Part shown: piece by piece, positions 38,757 to 47,267 of the stretch | Numbering within the stretch: position 1 is the stretch's first letter | Layout of the letters: each line of letters begins with the position of its first letter | NCBI GenBank assembly: GCA_030613835.1 | Contig: JAUWLH010000001.1 | Span: forward strand, 1-57,586 | DNA length: 57,586 bases | Direction of reading: 5' to 3' | From: Candidatus Bathyarchaeota archaeon | GTDB lineage: Archaea; Thermoproteota; Bathyarchaeia; TCS64 | Translations under genes and position numbers: made by a program | Notes under the pieces: generated by a model | The model's input: only the letters and a program-made list of their open reading frames with translations | Told to the model about the DNA's origin: nothing | Database searches by the model: none

Positions 38757-38845
38757 AATAATACTGTTAGAAAAATTAGCTAGGAGTCTATTTAAACATT
38801 AACCGAATTTGTCATATTTCTGACATATTGTGTTTTGTCGGGGGT

Positions 38846-39313
38846 CTATGTGATCCTCTCAAGTAGCTCGTTCCAGGTCATCCCCTGGTCTATCTTGATC
38901 ATATAGTCCCTGTTGGATCTATCTGCAATATCAAACCACCAGCCCTTGTACTTGAACTTGGCAGCCAGCACGGCATACTTTCTGGGGTATATCTTGTGCA
39001 TCTCAAGGAACTCGAAGAGCTTCACCACCTGGTGAGACTTGTAGTAGGCGTAGCGTACTTGGGACTTTACCTCTATTGAGAGGATGGCGTCGTCCTTGAT
39101 GGCGAAGACATCTGGCAGCGGCTCCTTGCTAGGGGCGCTCACGGGTATCCTGATAGCGTTGTACCCCACATCCCTGAACATGTGGACCAGCTCCCTCTCT
39201 GCATCGTAGCCCCTCTTTTTCATGGCCCTGACCTGCTTCGCGGTCAGCTGTCTGGTGTACCGCTTTTTAGGCGGGGTCTTCTTCTTGGGCGAGGCTATTT
39301 CCCTGAGGCTCAT
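38846..39313 (-). CDS. hjc: Holliday junction resolvase Hjc with a basic N-terminal extension
   Basis: RGYDAERELV...PDVFA...SIEVKS carries the catalytic E/D/E-x-K residues of Hjc. Confidence 0.85.
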   Translation of the reverse strand: MSLREIASPKKKTPPKKRYTRQLTAKQVRAMKKRGYDAERELVHMFRDVGYNAIRIPVSAPSKEPLPDVFAIKDDAILSIEVKSQVRYAYYKSHQVVKLFEFLEMHKIYPRKYAVLAAKFKYKGWWFDIADRSNRDYMIKIDQGMTWNELLERIT

Positions 39314-39639
39314 ACGTCGTCCTCCGTCACGTCTGGCACAACAAGAGAGCCTGACTCAAGGGGGTCAAGGGCCAGCCTCATGAGGTCCTTGAGCCAGTCA
39401 CTGAACTTGTTGGCGTTGGAGAACTTTTGGTACATCCGTCTGTGAGGCACTTTGGTGATGAGCCGCAGGGCCACCATCTTATTGACATAGAACTTGGCGC
39501 TGCTCCTGCTTATATCGCAGATACGGGCCACATCACCGCTGGTAAAGTCCCTCTCCAGCTTGTTGTAGCCTACTATGATCTTGGGCGGGAGAGGGAGCGC
39601 CTTCTCCAGTATCTCTAAAAGTGATTCTTCTCTTGACAA
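39310..39639 (-). CDS. Small putative winged-helix DNA-binding protein
   Basis: 109 aa. FTSGDVARICDISRSSAKFYVNKMVALRLI looks like an HTH. ATGA overlap with hjc. TTG start. Confidence 0.5.
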   Translation of the reverse strand: MSREESLLEILEKALPLPPKIIVGYNKLERDFTSGDVARICDISRSSAKFYVNKMVALRLITKVPHRRMYQKFSNANKFSDWLKDLMRLALDPLESGSLVVPDVTEDDV

Positions 39640-39707
39640 GGTGGGCTACCTCGGATGGATATGAAAAATGTCCATCCCTTTTAAGGGATGAGTAGGAAAT
39701 GTGGGAA

Positions 39708-40967
39708 CTAGTCGTCCCCTGTGGGGACTGGCACGACCTTCTTTCCCTGCTTCTTGATGCCCTCGTCAGCGATCTTCCTCTTGAGGTTCCACGCTGTTAC
39801 GCTGGGGAGGCCCCAGAGGTTGATGAATCCGGCTGCATCACCCTGGTCGTAGTGGGTGTTGATATCGAAGCTGGCTAAGTTGTAGTCGTACAGGCTCATC
39901 GGGCTCTCACGCGCAATCGGCTTCGCCGTTCCCTTGTGGAGCTTCATGGTGACTGTTCCCGTGAGGTTCTTCTGGGTGCTATTGATGTAAGCGTCCAGAT
40001 CCTCCTTGTATGGGTCAACCCAGAGGCCCTGATAGACGGCGGTCGCCCACTTGTGGTCGATCTCGTACTTCAATAGTTTCTGGTGGCGCGTCAGCACCAT
40101 CTTCTCCAGGTCCAGGTGGGCGTTGATTATGGTCTCGGCCGCTGGCACCTCGTAGGTCTCACGTGTCTTGAGGCCTACGATCCTGTCTTCCATGTGCTCG
40201 ATCCTGCCGATGCCATGCTTCCCCGACATGTCCCTGATCTTCAGGATTAACTCATGGGGCTTGTAATCGACCCCGTCGAGGCTCACCGGGACTCCCTTGT
40301 GGAAGCCTATCTTGACGAGCTCAGGCTCGTTCGGGGTGTCCTTGATATCCGCTGTCCAGTCCCATACATCATCAGGTACGGGTAAGTCAGGGTGCTCAAG
40401 CATGCCACCTTCGATGCTCCTTCCCCACAGGTTCTCGTCGACGCTGTAGGGGCTCTCCGCCGTTACCGGGATGGGGATGTTGTGTTCCAATGACCACTCG
40501 ATCTGGGCTGCCCTGTCAAATTTCCATTCCCTGACGGGCGCGATTATCTTGAGTTTCGGGTTCAGGGCCTTGATGGTGATATCGAATCTCACCTGATCAT
40601 TACCCTTTCCGGTGCATCCGTGGGCTACTGCTTGCGCGTCCTCCATCTCTGCTACCTCGACCAATTTCTTGGCGATGAGGGGCCTGCTCAGGCTACTGCT
40701 TACCGGATATGTGCCCATGTACAGGGCGTTTGCCTTGATTGCGGGGAACAGGTACTCCGTTGCGAACTCCTCTTTTGCATCAAACCCGTAATGGTTGATG
40801 GCCCCAAGGTCCCAAGCCTTTTTCTCGATTCCCACTGTTTCCTTGTCCTGGCCTACATCTAGGTTGCAGGTAATAACGTCCATTCCGTACTCTTCCTGAA
40901 TCCATACTACCATCATGGACGTGTCCAGCCCACCGCTGTATGCTAGAACAACTTTGTCTTTAGCCAT
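39708..40967 (-). CDS. argG: Argininosuccinate synthase
   Basis: VVLAYSGGLDTS, AHGCTGKGNDQVRF and SVDENLWGRS. Start taken at the ATG giving MAKDKVV. Confidence 0.95.
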   Translation of the reverse strand: MAKDKVVLAYSGGLDTSMMVVWIQEEYGMDVITCNLDVGQDKETVGIEKKAWDLGAINHYGFDAKEEFATEYLFPAIKANALYMGTYPVSSSLSRPLIAKKLVEVAEMEDAQAVAHGCTGKGNDQVRFDITIKALNPKLKIIAPVREWKFDRAAQIEWSLEHNIPIPVTAESPYSVDENLWGRSIEGGMLEHPDLPVPDDVWDWTADIKDTPNEPELVKIGFHKGVPVSLDGVDYKPHELILKIRDMSGKHGIGRIEHMEDRIVGLKTRETYEVPAAETIINAHLDLEKMVLTRHQKLLKYEIDHKWATAVYQGLWVDPYKEDLDAYINSTQKNLTGTVTMKLHKGTAKPIARESPMSLYDYNLASFDINTHYDQGDAAGFINLWGLPSVTAWNLKRKIADEGIKKQGKKVVPVPTGDD

Positions 40968-41030
40968 TGCATTTATGCCTCTTTTAGGATACTCAGCTAC
41001 AACCTGAGGCAACCTTTTATACCTTATGAC

Positions 41031-41651
41031 ATGTTTGCAACATATATGACATCAGGCACATCAGATAGGACAAAAAGCGTGGCCCAGCAGGTGCGGGAAA
41101 CCATTCAGACCCGCCCCAGCTTACTGGACGCGCTCAACATGAAGATAGTGAACTACAGCGCCCTCGCCAGGATTCTACAAGAGGAACTCGGGGAGGGGAG
41201 CCTTGAGGCGGTCAAAGCAGCCATCATCAGGGTGGCTGATGAGATCAGCACGGACAGGGGACTAAGGGAGGAGGCAGTCCGGGGAATACTCAAGGCATCC
41301 AAGGTACGGCTCCAGGACAAGATCGGCGTTGTGATATCCTCGATGAGAATGGATATACCCCACATCGTAACCGCCCACCTTACAGATCAATACGTGTACA
41401 TCGTGGATCAGACCATCATTGAGGAGCCTCTACCTGATCGTGTCCAGTTCCAGAAAAATCTAGTCGCGTTGATCCTGTTAAGCCCACCGGAGGTCGAGGA
41501 GACTCCGGGGTTCGTGGCCTTCATAACCCAACAACTCGCCAGCAGAAACATCAACATCATAGAGTTCATCAGTTGTAGCACCAACACCATCATAATCCTA
41601 GAAGCGAGACAGGCCTTGGACGCCTTCAGCCTCCTCCAAAACTACACCTAG
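41031..41651 (+). CDS. Predicted amino-acid-metabolism regulator with a C-terminal ACT-like domain (COG2150-like)
   Basis: The C-terminus PGFVAFITQQLASRNINIIEFIS is ACT-like. Divergent from argG. The family call is from memory only. Confidence 0.55.
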   Translation: MFATYMTSGTSDRTKSVAQQVRETIQTRPSLLDALNMKIVNYSALARILQEELGEGSLEAVKAAIIRVADEISTDRGLREEAVRGILKASKVRLQDKIGVVISSMRMDIPHIVTAHLTDQYVYIVDQTIIEEPLPDRVQFQKNLVALILLSPPEVEETPGFVAFITQQLASRNINIIEFISCSTNTIIILEARQALDAFSLLQNYT

Positions 41652-41745
41652 GGCTCTCTGAGACAACAAAAAGGCATCAAAACCGTTCCTATTTCCCCAT
41701 TTTCAGTAAAGGCTTTAAAACCCCGAGTCTGCTACAGTGTTGATA

Positions 41746-42054
41746 ATGGCAGAAATTTGTCCCATATGTGGGCTCCCCCAGGACCTTTGCGTTTGCGAGG
41801 AGATGAGCAAGGAGCAGCAAAGGATCAGGATTCGTTTAGAGACACGTAAATGGGGAAAGAAATGGACCGTCATCGACGGCATCGACTCTAAGGGCGTCTC
41901 CCTCAACAAGTTAGCGACACAGTTGAAAAACAAGTGTGCATGCGGTGGGACCGCGAAGAACGAGCAGGTTCTCCTAATGGGTGACCATAGGGACGAGGTC
42001 TACAAGACACTCGTCGGTCTGGGCTTCCCTCAGGATAATATCGAGGTCCAGTAA
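41746..42054 (+). CDS. Translation initiation factor aIF1 (SUI1)
   Basis: N-terminal CPICG...CVC zinc knuckle, then IRIRLETRKWGKKWTVIDG and KCACGGT...LMGDHR. Confidence 0.9.
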   Translation: MAEICPICGLPQDLCVCEEMSKEQQRIRIRLETRKWGKKWTVIDGIDSKGVSLNKLATQLKNKCACGGTAKNEQVLLMGDHRDEVYKTLVGLGFPQDNIEVQ

Positions 42055-42057
42055 GCC

Positions 42058-42261
42058 GTGCCGAGGCTCAGGGATATTATAGATATTCTCAGAGATGCCC
42101 GACACTCTATACCAAAACCCGTGTTCTGTCCCAACTGTAAAAGCCCCAAGATGAGGTCCAGTGAGAGCTATGGCATTCTTCCCCAGAAGTACGTCTGCGA
42201 GAACTGCGGCTACGAGGGCAACATCGTGCTTGAGCTGGAAGAGGAAGACCCAAAACCATAG
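42058..42261 (+). CDS. Small zinc-ribbon protein
   Basis: 67 aa with CPNC...CENC. GTG start 3 nt after the aIF1 stop. Confidence 0.55.
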   Translation: MPRLRDIIDILRDARHSIPKPVFCPNCKSPKMRSSESYGILPQKYVCENCGYEGNIVLELEEEDPKP

Positions 42262-42311
42262 AATTTAACCAAGGGAACATTATATCATTATAGACAACCA
42301 GCGGTGGCCCC

Positions 42312-43286
42312 ATGTCAGAGGACATTGAGAACTACAAGGAGAAGTACAAGACCCTTGAGGATCTACCAGGCATAGGCCCGGCCACTATTAACAAGCTCAA
42401 GGAGATCGGGTTCAAGACTGTTGAGAGTCTCGGGACAGCCACACTTAACGAGCTGGTCTCAGCGGGCATTGGCAAGGAGGTGGCTGAGAAGGTCATCGAG
42501 ACAGCCAGGAAAACCGTTGCCATCACGTTCGTGAGAGGTGACGAGCTGGTCGAGCTCAGGAAGAACATTAGGAAGCTCACCACGGGGTGTAGCAGCCTAG
42601 ACAATTTATTGGGTGGGGGCATCGAGACCCAGAGCCTCACCGAGTTCTACGGGGAGTTCGGAAGTGGCAAGAGCCAGCTGTGCCATCAGTTATGTGTCAC
42701 AGTGCAACTGGGCGAGACGCAGGGTGGTCTTAATGGGAGCGTTCTTTACATCGACACCGAGTCCACGTTCAGACCCAAGCGCGTACAGCAGATAGCGCCA
42801 AGGTTCGGCATCAAGCCCAAGGACGTGCTGAAGGGGATCGTGTACGCGGAGGCATACACGAGCAACCACCAGACCGTGCTCCTTGAGAACGCCGACGAGG
42901 TCATCAGGGACAATAACATAAAGCTCATCATCGTCGACAGCGTGATGAGTCACTTCAGGAGCGAGTACATCGGCAGGGAGATGCTAGCCAACCGCCAGCA
43001 ACAGCTCAACAAGCACCTGCACAAGCTCACAAGGCTGGGAAGGGCGTTCAACACCTCATTGGTTATTACCAACCAAGTGATGGCGACACCTGATGCGTTC
43101 TTCAGCAAGGCGGTAGCCCCTGTTGGCGGGCATATACTGGGTCATATGAGTCACAGCAGGATATTCATCAGAAAGGGCAGGAACAACATGAGAATAGCCA
43201 AGCTCACAGCGAGCCCCAGCTTACCCGAGGGAGAAGCCCCTATGAGGATCACAGAGAGAGGGATAGAGAGTGACGAAGACTACTAA
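42312..43286 (+). CDS. radA: DNA repair and recombination protein RadA
   Basis: N-terminal HhH LEDLPGIGPATINKL, Walker A GEFGSGKSQ, and LIIVDS. Confidence 0.95.
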   Translation: MSEDIENYKEKYKTLEDLPGIGPATINKLKEIGFKTVESLGTATLNELVSAGIGKEVAEKVIETARKTVAITFVRGDELVELRKNIRKLTTGCSSLDNLLGGGIETQSLTEFYGEFGSGKSQLCHQLCVTVQLGETQGGLNGSVLYIDTESTFRPKRVQQIAPRFGIKPKDVLKGIVYAEAYTSNHQTVLLENADEVIRDNNIKLIIVDSVMSHFRSEYIGREMLANRQQQLNKHLHKLTRLGRAFNTSLVITNQVMATPDAFFSKAVAPVGGHILGHMSHSRIFIRKGRNNMRIAKLTASPSLPEGEAPMRITERGIESDEDY

Positions 43287-43845
43287 TCTAGGACGAGGAC
43301 TAACCGTCACGGGGAAGACCCGTGAATCCGTTATATCATTCTTCAAGAACATGATTGACAGGCGGTTCACAGACGCCGAGAAGGCGTTGGGCGCTATCAG
43401 GGAGCGCAAGTTCACCGATGAGGAGTACAAGACGGGATACATCAACGCTCTCGATGGCCTCCTCCTATCGGTCCGATCGGGAGACGAGAGAGATTTCTAC
43501 AACAAGAATAACTTTGACCAGAAAAGCCTGAAGGCTCACAGGGAGGAGTTCAAGGAGTTCAGGAAGACCCCGATCAGGACCCAGTTTGACTCGGGCTACT
43601 TTGCGGCTTGGTCAGATATAATGCAGTACAGGTTCAATGTTAAAAAGGATTTAGACCCATCCGAACGTGCCCATAGTGTTGAGCAGCGTCCAGGTCAGCA
43701 TCCACAGGAACAGGAAAGCGCCCATGCCGATCTTTATCGTTCTGTCCCTCTCAATATCAAACAGCTTCGCTGTTACCTCGGAATAGCCAATGTACAAAAC
43801 GGTGCCAGTCATCAATGCGAGCTCGCCTTGGAGCCCCAAGCCTGA
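43270..43845 (+). CDS. Hypothetical protein. The 3' end is doubtful because the last ~195 nt run antisense through the next gene.
   Basis: The N-terminal ~125 aa look protein-like (FTDAEKALGAIRERKFTDEEYKTGY...). The tail after NVKKDL is low-complexity and overlaps 43651-43923 on the other strand. Confidence 0.45.
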   Translation: MTKTTNLGRGLTVTGKTRESVISFFKNMIDRRFTDAEKALGAIRERKFTDEEYKTGYINALDGLLLSVRSGDERDFYNKNNFDQKSLKAHREEFKEFRKTPIRTQFDSGYFAAWSDIMQYRFNVKKDLDPSERAHSVEQRPGQHPQEQESAHADLYRSVPLNIKQLRCYLGIANVQNGASHQCELALEPQA

Positions 43846-43923
43846 CTGAACATAGAACGTGATAAAACCCGTGGCTAGCCCCAGCAGGGCCTTGATCCAG
43901 TAAACCTTCTCTGATTGCTTCAA
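43651..43923 (-). CDS. Small membrane protein with 2-3 TM segments
   Basis: 90 aa. Hydrophobic segments ALLGLATGFITFYV and GMGAFLFLWMLTWTLL. TTG start. Confidence 0.6.
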   Translation of the reverse strand: MKQSEKVYWIKALLGLATGFITFYVQSGLGLQGELALMTGTVLYIGYSEVTAKLFDIERDRTIKIGMGAFLFLWMLTWTLLNTMGTFGWV

Positions 43924-43974
43924 CCGTGTTTTCTCCGTGGGTCCAACTCTTATTGTCTGATGCTGTTTTATAAG

Positions 43975-44748
43975 TTAGCTGATGTAGCCCAGTCTCTTCT
44001 CGTCGGGGATCTGGGGCTCCTCTTCCTCATCGTAGATATCGAGACGGTGCTTGATGGAGTCATCGATCTTCTTTGCCCTGATGTCAAGCTGCTTTGTGTC
44101 TATCTGGATGTCGATGAGCTTCACAAGCTTGTGCAGCACTGCCTTGCTGGCCATGTGCTGGGGGACGTTCGCGTAGGTGATATCGCCCATGAGGCACACG
44201 CCATCGATCCCGTTTGCTTTGGCTACGCCTATCATGACGCCGTTCAGCCCATTGACAGCTCCATCTTTCTCGATCATCTCAACCCCAGCCTCGATTAGCT
44301 CGTCCCTCATGGACTCGTCGGTGAATACGCCGTAGACCTTTGGTTCTTCGTAGAACTCGTTGGGGAATGCCGCTATGGTGTAGATGCGCTTGACGCCCAT
44401 CTCCACGGCGATGTCCGCGATCTTCTGGGCCAGTCTCAGGGACTCCTCTGGAATGGATGGCTGTGCGTCGCCAACGCAGATAATGATGTTCTGGTCCTCC
44501 GAGGCGTAGAGCTTGTGCCTTATGGGGGCCATCTCCACGATACCGTTTTTGTAAACCAGGATGTTGTGAAAGTACTTTATCTCAGCGAACTGCTTTGCCT
44601 TTATCCTTCTCCTGAGATAGTCTGCGCTGATCTTGGCCAGGAATCCCATCCCAGGCCACGCGGCTATCATCACCGGGTCTTTCAGACTTGGTTTGTCGGT
44701 GAAATGTACGTCCAATGGAATCCAGTTAACGGAGAATGGGATTTGCAT
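43975..44748 (-). CDS. PAC2-family (proteasome assembly chaperone 2-like) protein
   Basis: PVMIAAWPGMGFLAKISADYL and GLNGVMIG are typical of archaeal PAC2/DUF75 proteins. Start taken at the ATG giving MQIPFS. Confidence 0.75.
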   Translation of the reverse strand: MQIPFSVNWIPLDVHFTDKPSLKDPVMIAAWPGMGFLAKISADYLRRRIKAKQFAEIKYFHNILVYKNGIVEMAPIRHKLYASEDQNIIICVGDAQPSIPEESLRLAQKIADIAVEMGVKRIYTIAAFPNEFYEEPKVYGVFTDESMRDELIEAGVEMIEKDGAVNGLNGVMIGVAKANGIDGVCLMGDITYANVPQHMASKAVLHKLVKLIDIQIDTKQLDIRAKKIDDSIKHRLDIYDEEEEPQIPDEKRLGYIS

Positions 44749-45168
44749 TAAACCTTTCGCTTTGAAGCCATGTCTTTGCTTCTTGTAGATTTCATATAAT
44801 CGTCCCCATGCCGACTCGTCGTGTTTGTTATGCTTTTTACAATTTCTCGGTTGTCTCAGACCGATGTAACATTCTTGCCATTTATGCCTCAATCTCCCTA
44901 TATACTGGACACATTTTTCTCGTGAAATGTACTCTTTTCATGCAACATAATTATATTATAATTTTTTGAGCCCTTGTGTGATAGTAGTGGGGGACAGCAT
45001 CGGAAGTGGACACGCCGGGGGCACATCAAAGTGCTCCTGTGACGCGCCCATTTTTGTTCGGGTTTGCCTGAATAATTGCCCACACAGCCGAGGCCGGTAT
45101 AAAGCCGACCAGTGAATTCCGGGTGTCCCCGCTACACATGATCAACAAAGGTAGAGGATAATAGGCAT

Positions 45169-45519
45169 ATGGCGAGAAATATGGAATGGACGGACGAAGA
45201 GGTAGAGAGGCTGCATGAAATATACGGGTCGAACAGGACTTTTGAGGAGATAGAGGTAGAGTTTCCCATGAGGACAAGCAACGCCATACGCCTCAAGGCA
45301 TCGAGGCTGGGAATAAGACGACCACTGATTCCTGGGAACTTTATCCAGGCCAAGCCCATTCTATTCAGGTCAGGTAACGGCGACGGGAATGACGGCTTCA
45401 TCCTAAAGTGCAATCAGTGTGGTTCATGGGTGCAGATTGACAAGGACATTGAGAAGCGCGCTAACGTGCTGAGCTGCGGGCATTGCGGCTCAATGTACCA
45501 TGTTTTGATTGAATCTTAG
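45169..45519 (+). CDS. Small protein with an N-terminal SANT/Myb-like helix-turn-helix and a C-terminal zinc ribbon
   Basis: WTDEEVERLHEIYG...FEEIEVEFPMRTSNAIRLKASRLG is Myb-repeat-like. CNQCG...CGHCG forms the ribbon. Confidence 0.55.
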   Translation: MARNMEWTDEEVERLHEIYGSNRTFEEIEVEFPMRTSNAIRLKASRLGIRRPLIPGNFIQAKPILFRSGNGDGNDGFILKCNQCGSWVQIDKDIEKRANVLSCGHCGSMYHVLIES

Positions 45520-45609
45520 GGGTTTATCGATCTCCTGTTCATGAGCTTTTTATAGGTTGCGTGTAGTTTTTCAAGTGGTGACACCTTGAGCCTAGGCTTA
45601 TCATCCAAG

Positions 45610-46140
45610 ATGATAGTAAGGGAAGCAATGTCTAGCCCTGTCATAAGCGTCGACGAGAACGAGGATATAGTGCAGGTTGCGAACAAGATGCGCGAGCAGC
45701 GCGTCGGGGCTGTTGTGGTCCTGAACCAGCAGAACCTACCGGTTGGAATTGTGACTGAGAGGGACATCGTGACGAGGGTCGTAGCTGATGGCGTATCACC
45801 GAGCACGTTTTTCGCGGGGAAGGTGATGTCCTCGCCTCTGAAGATGGTGGACCCTGAGATGAACCTGATGGACGCCATGAAGATGATGGACAAGGAGAAC
45901 ATCAGGCGTCTCGGCGTAATCTACAAGGGAGAGCTTGTTGGCGTCGTCACCGATAGGAATATCATACGTTTCGTTCCCACCATCATTGATATCCTGAGGG
46001 AGCAGAAGGAGATCAATCCCTTGGGTCATGTATCGGGAAGCTCTACCGTGGGCTACTGTGAGAAATGTGAGTTATACTCCATGAACCTTCGCGCCATCGA
46101 TGGGAACTTCATCTGCGAGGACTGCCGAGTAGATGGGTGA
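45610..46140 (+). CDS. CBS-domain pair protein with a C-terminal zinc ribbon
   Basis: Two CBS repeats (VREAMSSPVISV...; KVMSSPLKMV...) followed by CEKC...CEDC. Confidence 0.8.
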   Translation: MIVREAMSSPVISVDENEDIVQVANKMREQRVGAVVVLNQQNLPVGIVTERDIVTRVVADGVSPSTFFAGKVMSSPLKMVDPEMNLMDAMKMMDKENIRRLGVIYKGELVGVVTDRNIIRFVPTIIDILREQKEINPLGHVSGSSTVGYCEKCELYSMNLRAIDGNFICEDCRVDG

Positions 46141-46591
46141 CCACGCGTTCATCGTGGACGGGATGCTAGGGAGCCTGGCCCGCTGGCTTAGGATCGCAGG
46201 GTATGATTCAACCTACTTCAGGGGCTTGGAGGATAATCGTTTACTTGATGAAACAAGGGACTCATCAAGGATAATGCTGACGCGGGACAGGGAGCTGTAT
46301 CAGAGGTCACAGAAACTGGGTCTCAAATCAATATACCTTGAATCTGAGGAAGTGAAGGCCCAGCTATCGCACTTGAAAAGGGAGCTTGGCTTAGAGTTAT
46401 CTGCAACAAACTCCAGGTGCCCGAGATGCAACGGGCTATTGAAGGAGACCCCGAAAGCCGATGTTCAAGATCTGGTTCCAAAGAAGTCCCTCAACTCCTT
46501 CGATGAGTTTTGGGTCTGCGGAGACTGCTCGGGGGTGTACTGGAAGGGGAGCCATTGGGTGAAGATCAGGGAAACCCTCGGCTCTACCTGA
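46133..46591 (+). CDS. Mut7-C/PIN-like RNase domain protein (DUF82 family)
   Basis: FIVDGMLGSLARWLRIAGYD and CPRCNG...CGDC...YWKGSHW. Confidence 0.85.
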   Translation: MGDHAFIVDGMLGSLARWLRIAGYDSTYFRGLEDNRLLDETRDSSRIMLTRDRELYQRSQKLGLKSIYLESEEVKAQLSHLKRELGLELSATNSRCPRCNGLLKETPKADVQDLVPKKSLNSFDEFWVCGDCSGVYWKGSHWVKIRETLGST

Positions 46592-46643
46592 AAGGTTATC
46601 ACGTAGAAACAGGTAGAGTTGTTTATCACATCAAGGAGGCGTT

Positions 46644-47267
46644 GTGGGCATATTCACGTTAACCGATGAGCAGGGGTTTTTTCTGGTCAGGCTGGCCAGG
46701 CAGTCCATCGAGAGCGAACTGGGTATCGCCGATGAACCCAGCGACTACCACAGTGACTCGGTTCTCATGGAGAAATGCGGCGTCTTCGTCACCCTCAACG
46801 TCCACGAGAAAGGCAGTTACGGTCTCCGCGGCTGCATCGGGTTGCCTTATGCCACGAGTCCTCTTGTGGACGCAGTTGTTGATGCAGCTAAGAGCGCGGC
46901 ATTCAACGACCCCCGCTTCCCGACCGTGCAAAGGCATGAGATGGACGGTATTACAATAGAAGTGAGCGTACTGACTCCTCCTGAGCTCATTGGGCATGAT
47001 GATAAAAAGGACTTACCAAATCAGGTCACAGTGGGCAGGGACGGGTTAATCATTGGACTGGGCTGGAACAAGGGGCTACTGCTGCCTCAGGTTCCCGTCG
47101 AGTGGGGCTGGGATAGCAGGGAGTTCTTGGACCAGTGCTGCGTGAAGGCAGGGATACCAAAGAATTCATGGCTGAGAAATGATACCGAGGTATACACTTT
47201 CCATGCCATCCTTTTCAAGGAAGAGGAGCCAAGAGGAATAATCAAACGGCACATATTGGTGGAGTAA
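46644..47267 (+). CDS. AMMECR1-domain protein
   Basis: GVFVTL...LRGCIG...DPRFP...IEVSVLT...LLPQV are AMMECR1 hallmarks. GTG start. Confidence 0.9.
   Translation: MGIFTLTDEQGFFLVRLARQSIESELGIADEPSDYHSDSVLMEKCGVFVTLNVHEKGSYGLRGCIGLPYATSPLVDAVVDAAKSAAFNDPRFPTVQRHEMDGITIEVSVLTPPELIGHDDKKDLPNQVTVGRDGLIIGLGWNKGLLLPQVPVEWGWDSREFLDQCCVKAGIPKNSWLRNDTEVYTFHAILFKEEEPRGIIKRHILVE

Noticed and set aside
36348-39639. Lon-like protease plus PD-(D/E)xK nuclease plus wHTH as a possible defence module
   Set aside because: The nuclease has the full Hjc Holliday-junction-resolvase signature, and the protease is the widespread COG1067-type soluble Lon homologue. Both are housekeeping in archaea. The Lon gene is separated from hjc by a 90-bp gap, and there are no other defence hallmarks.
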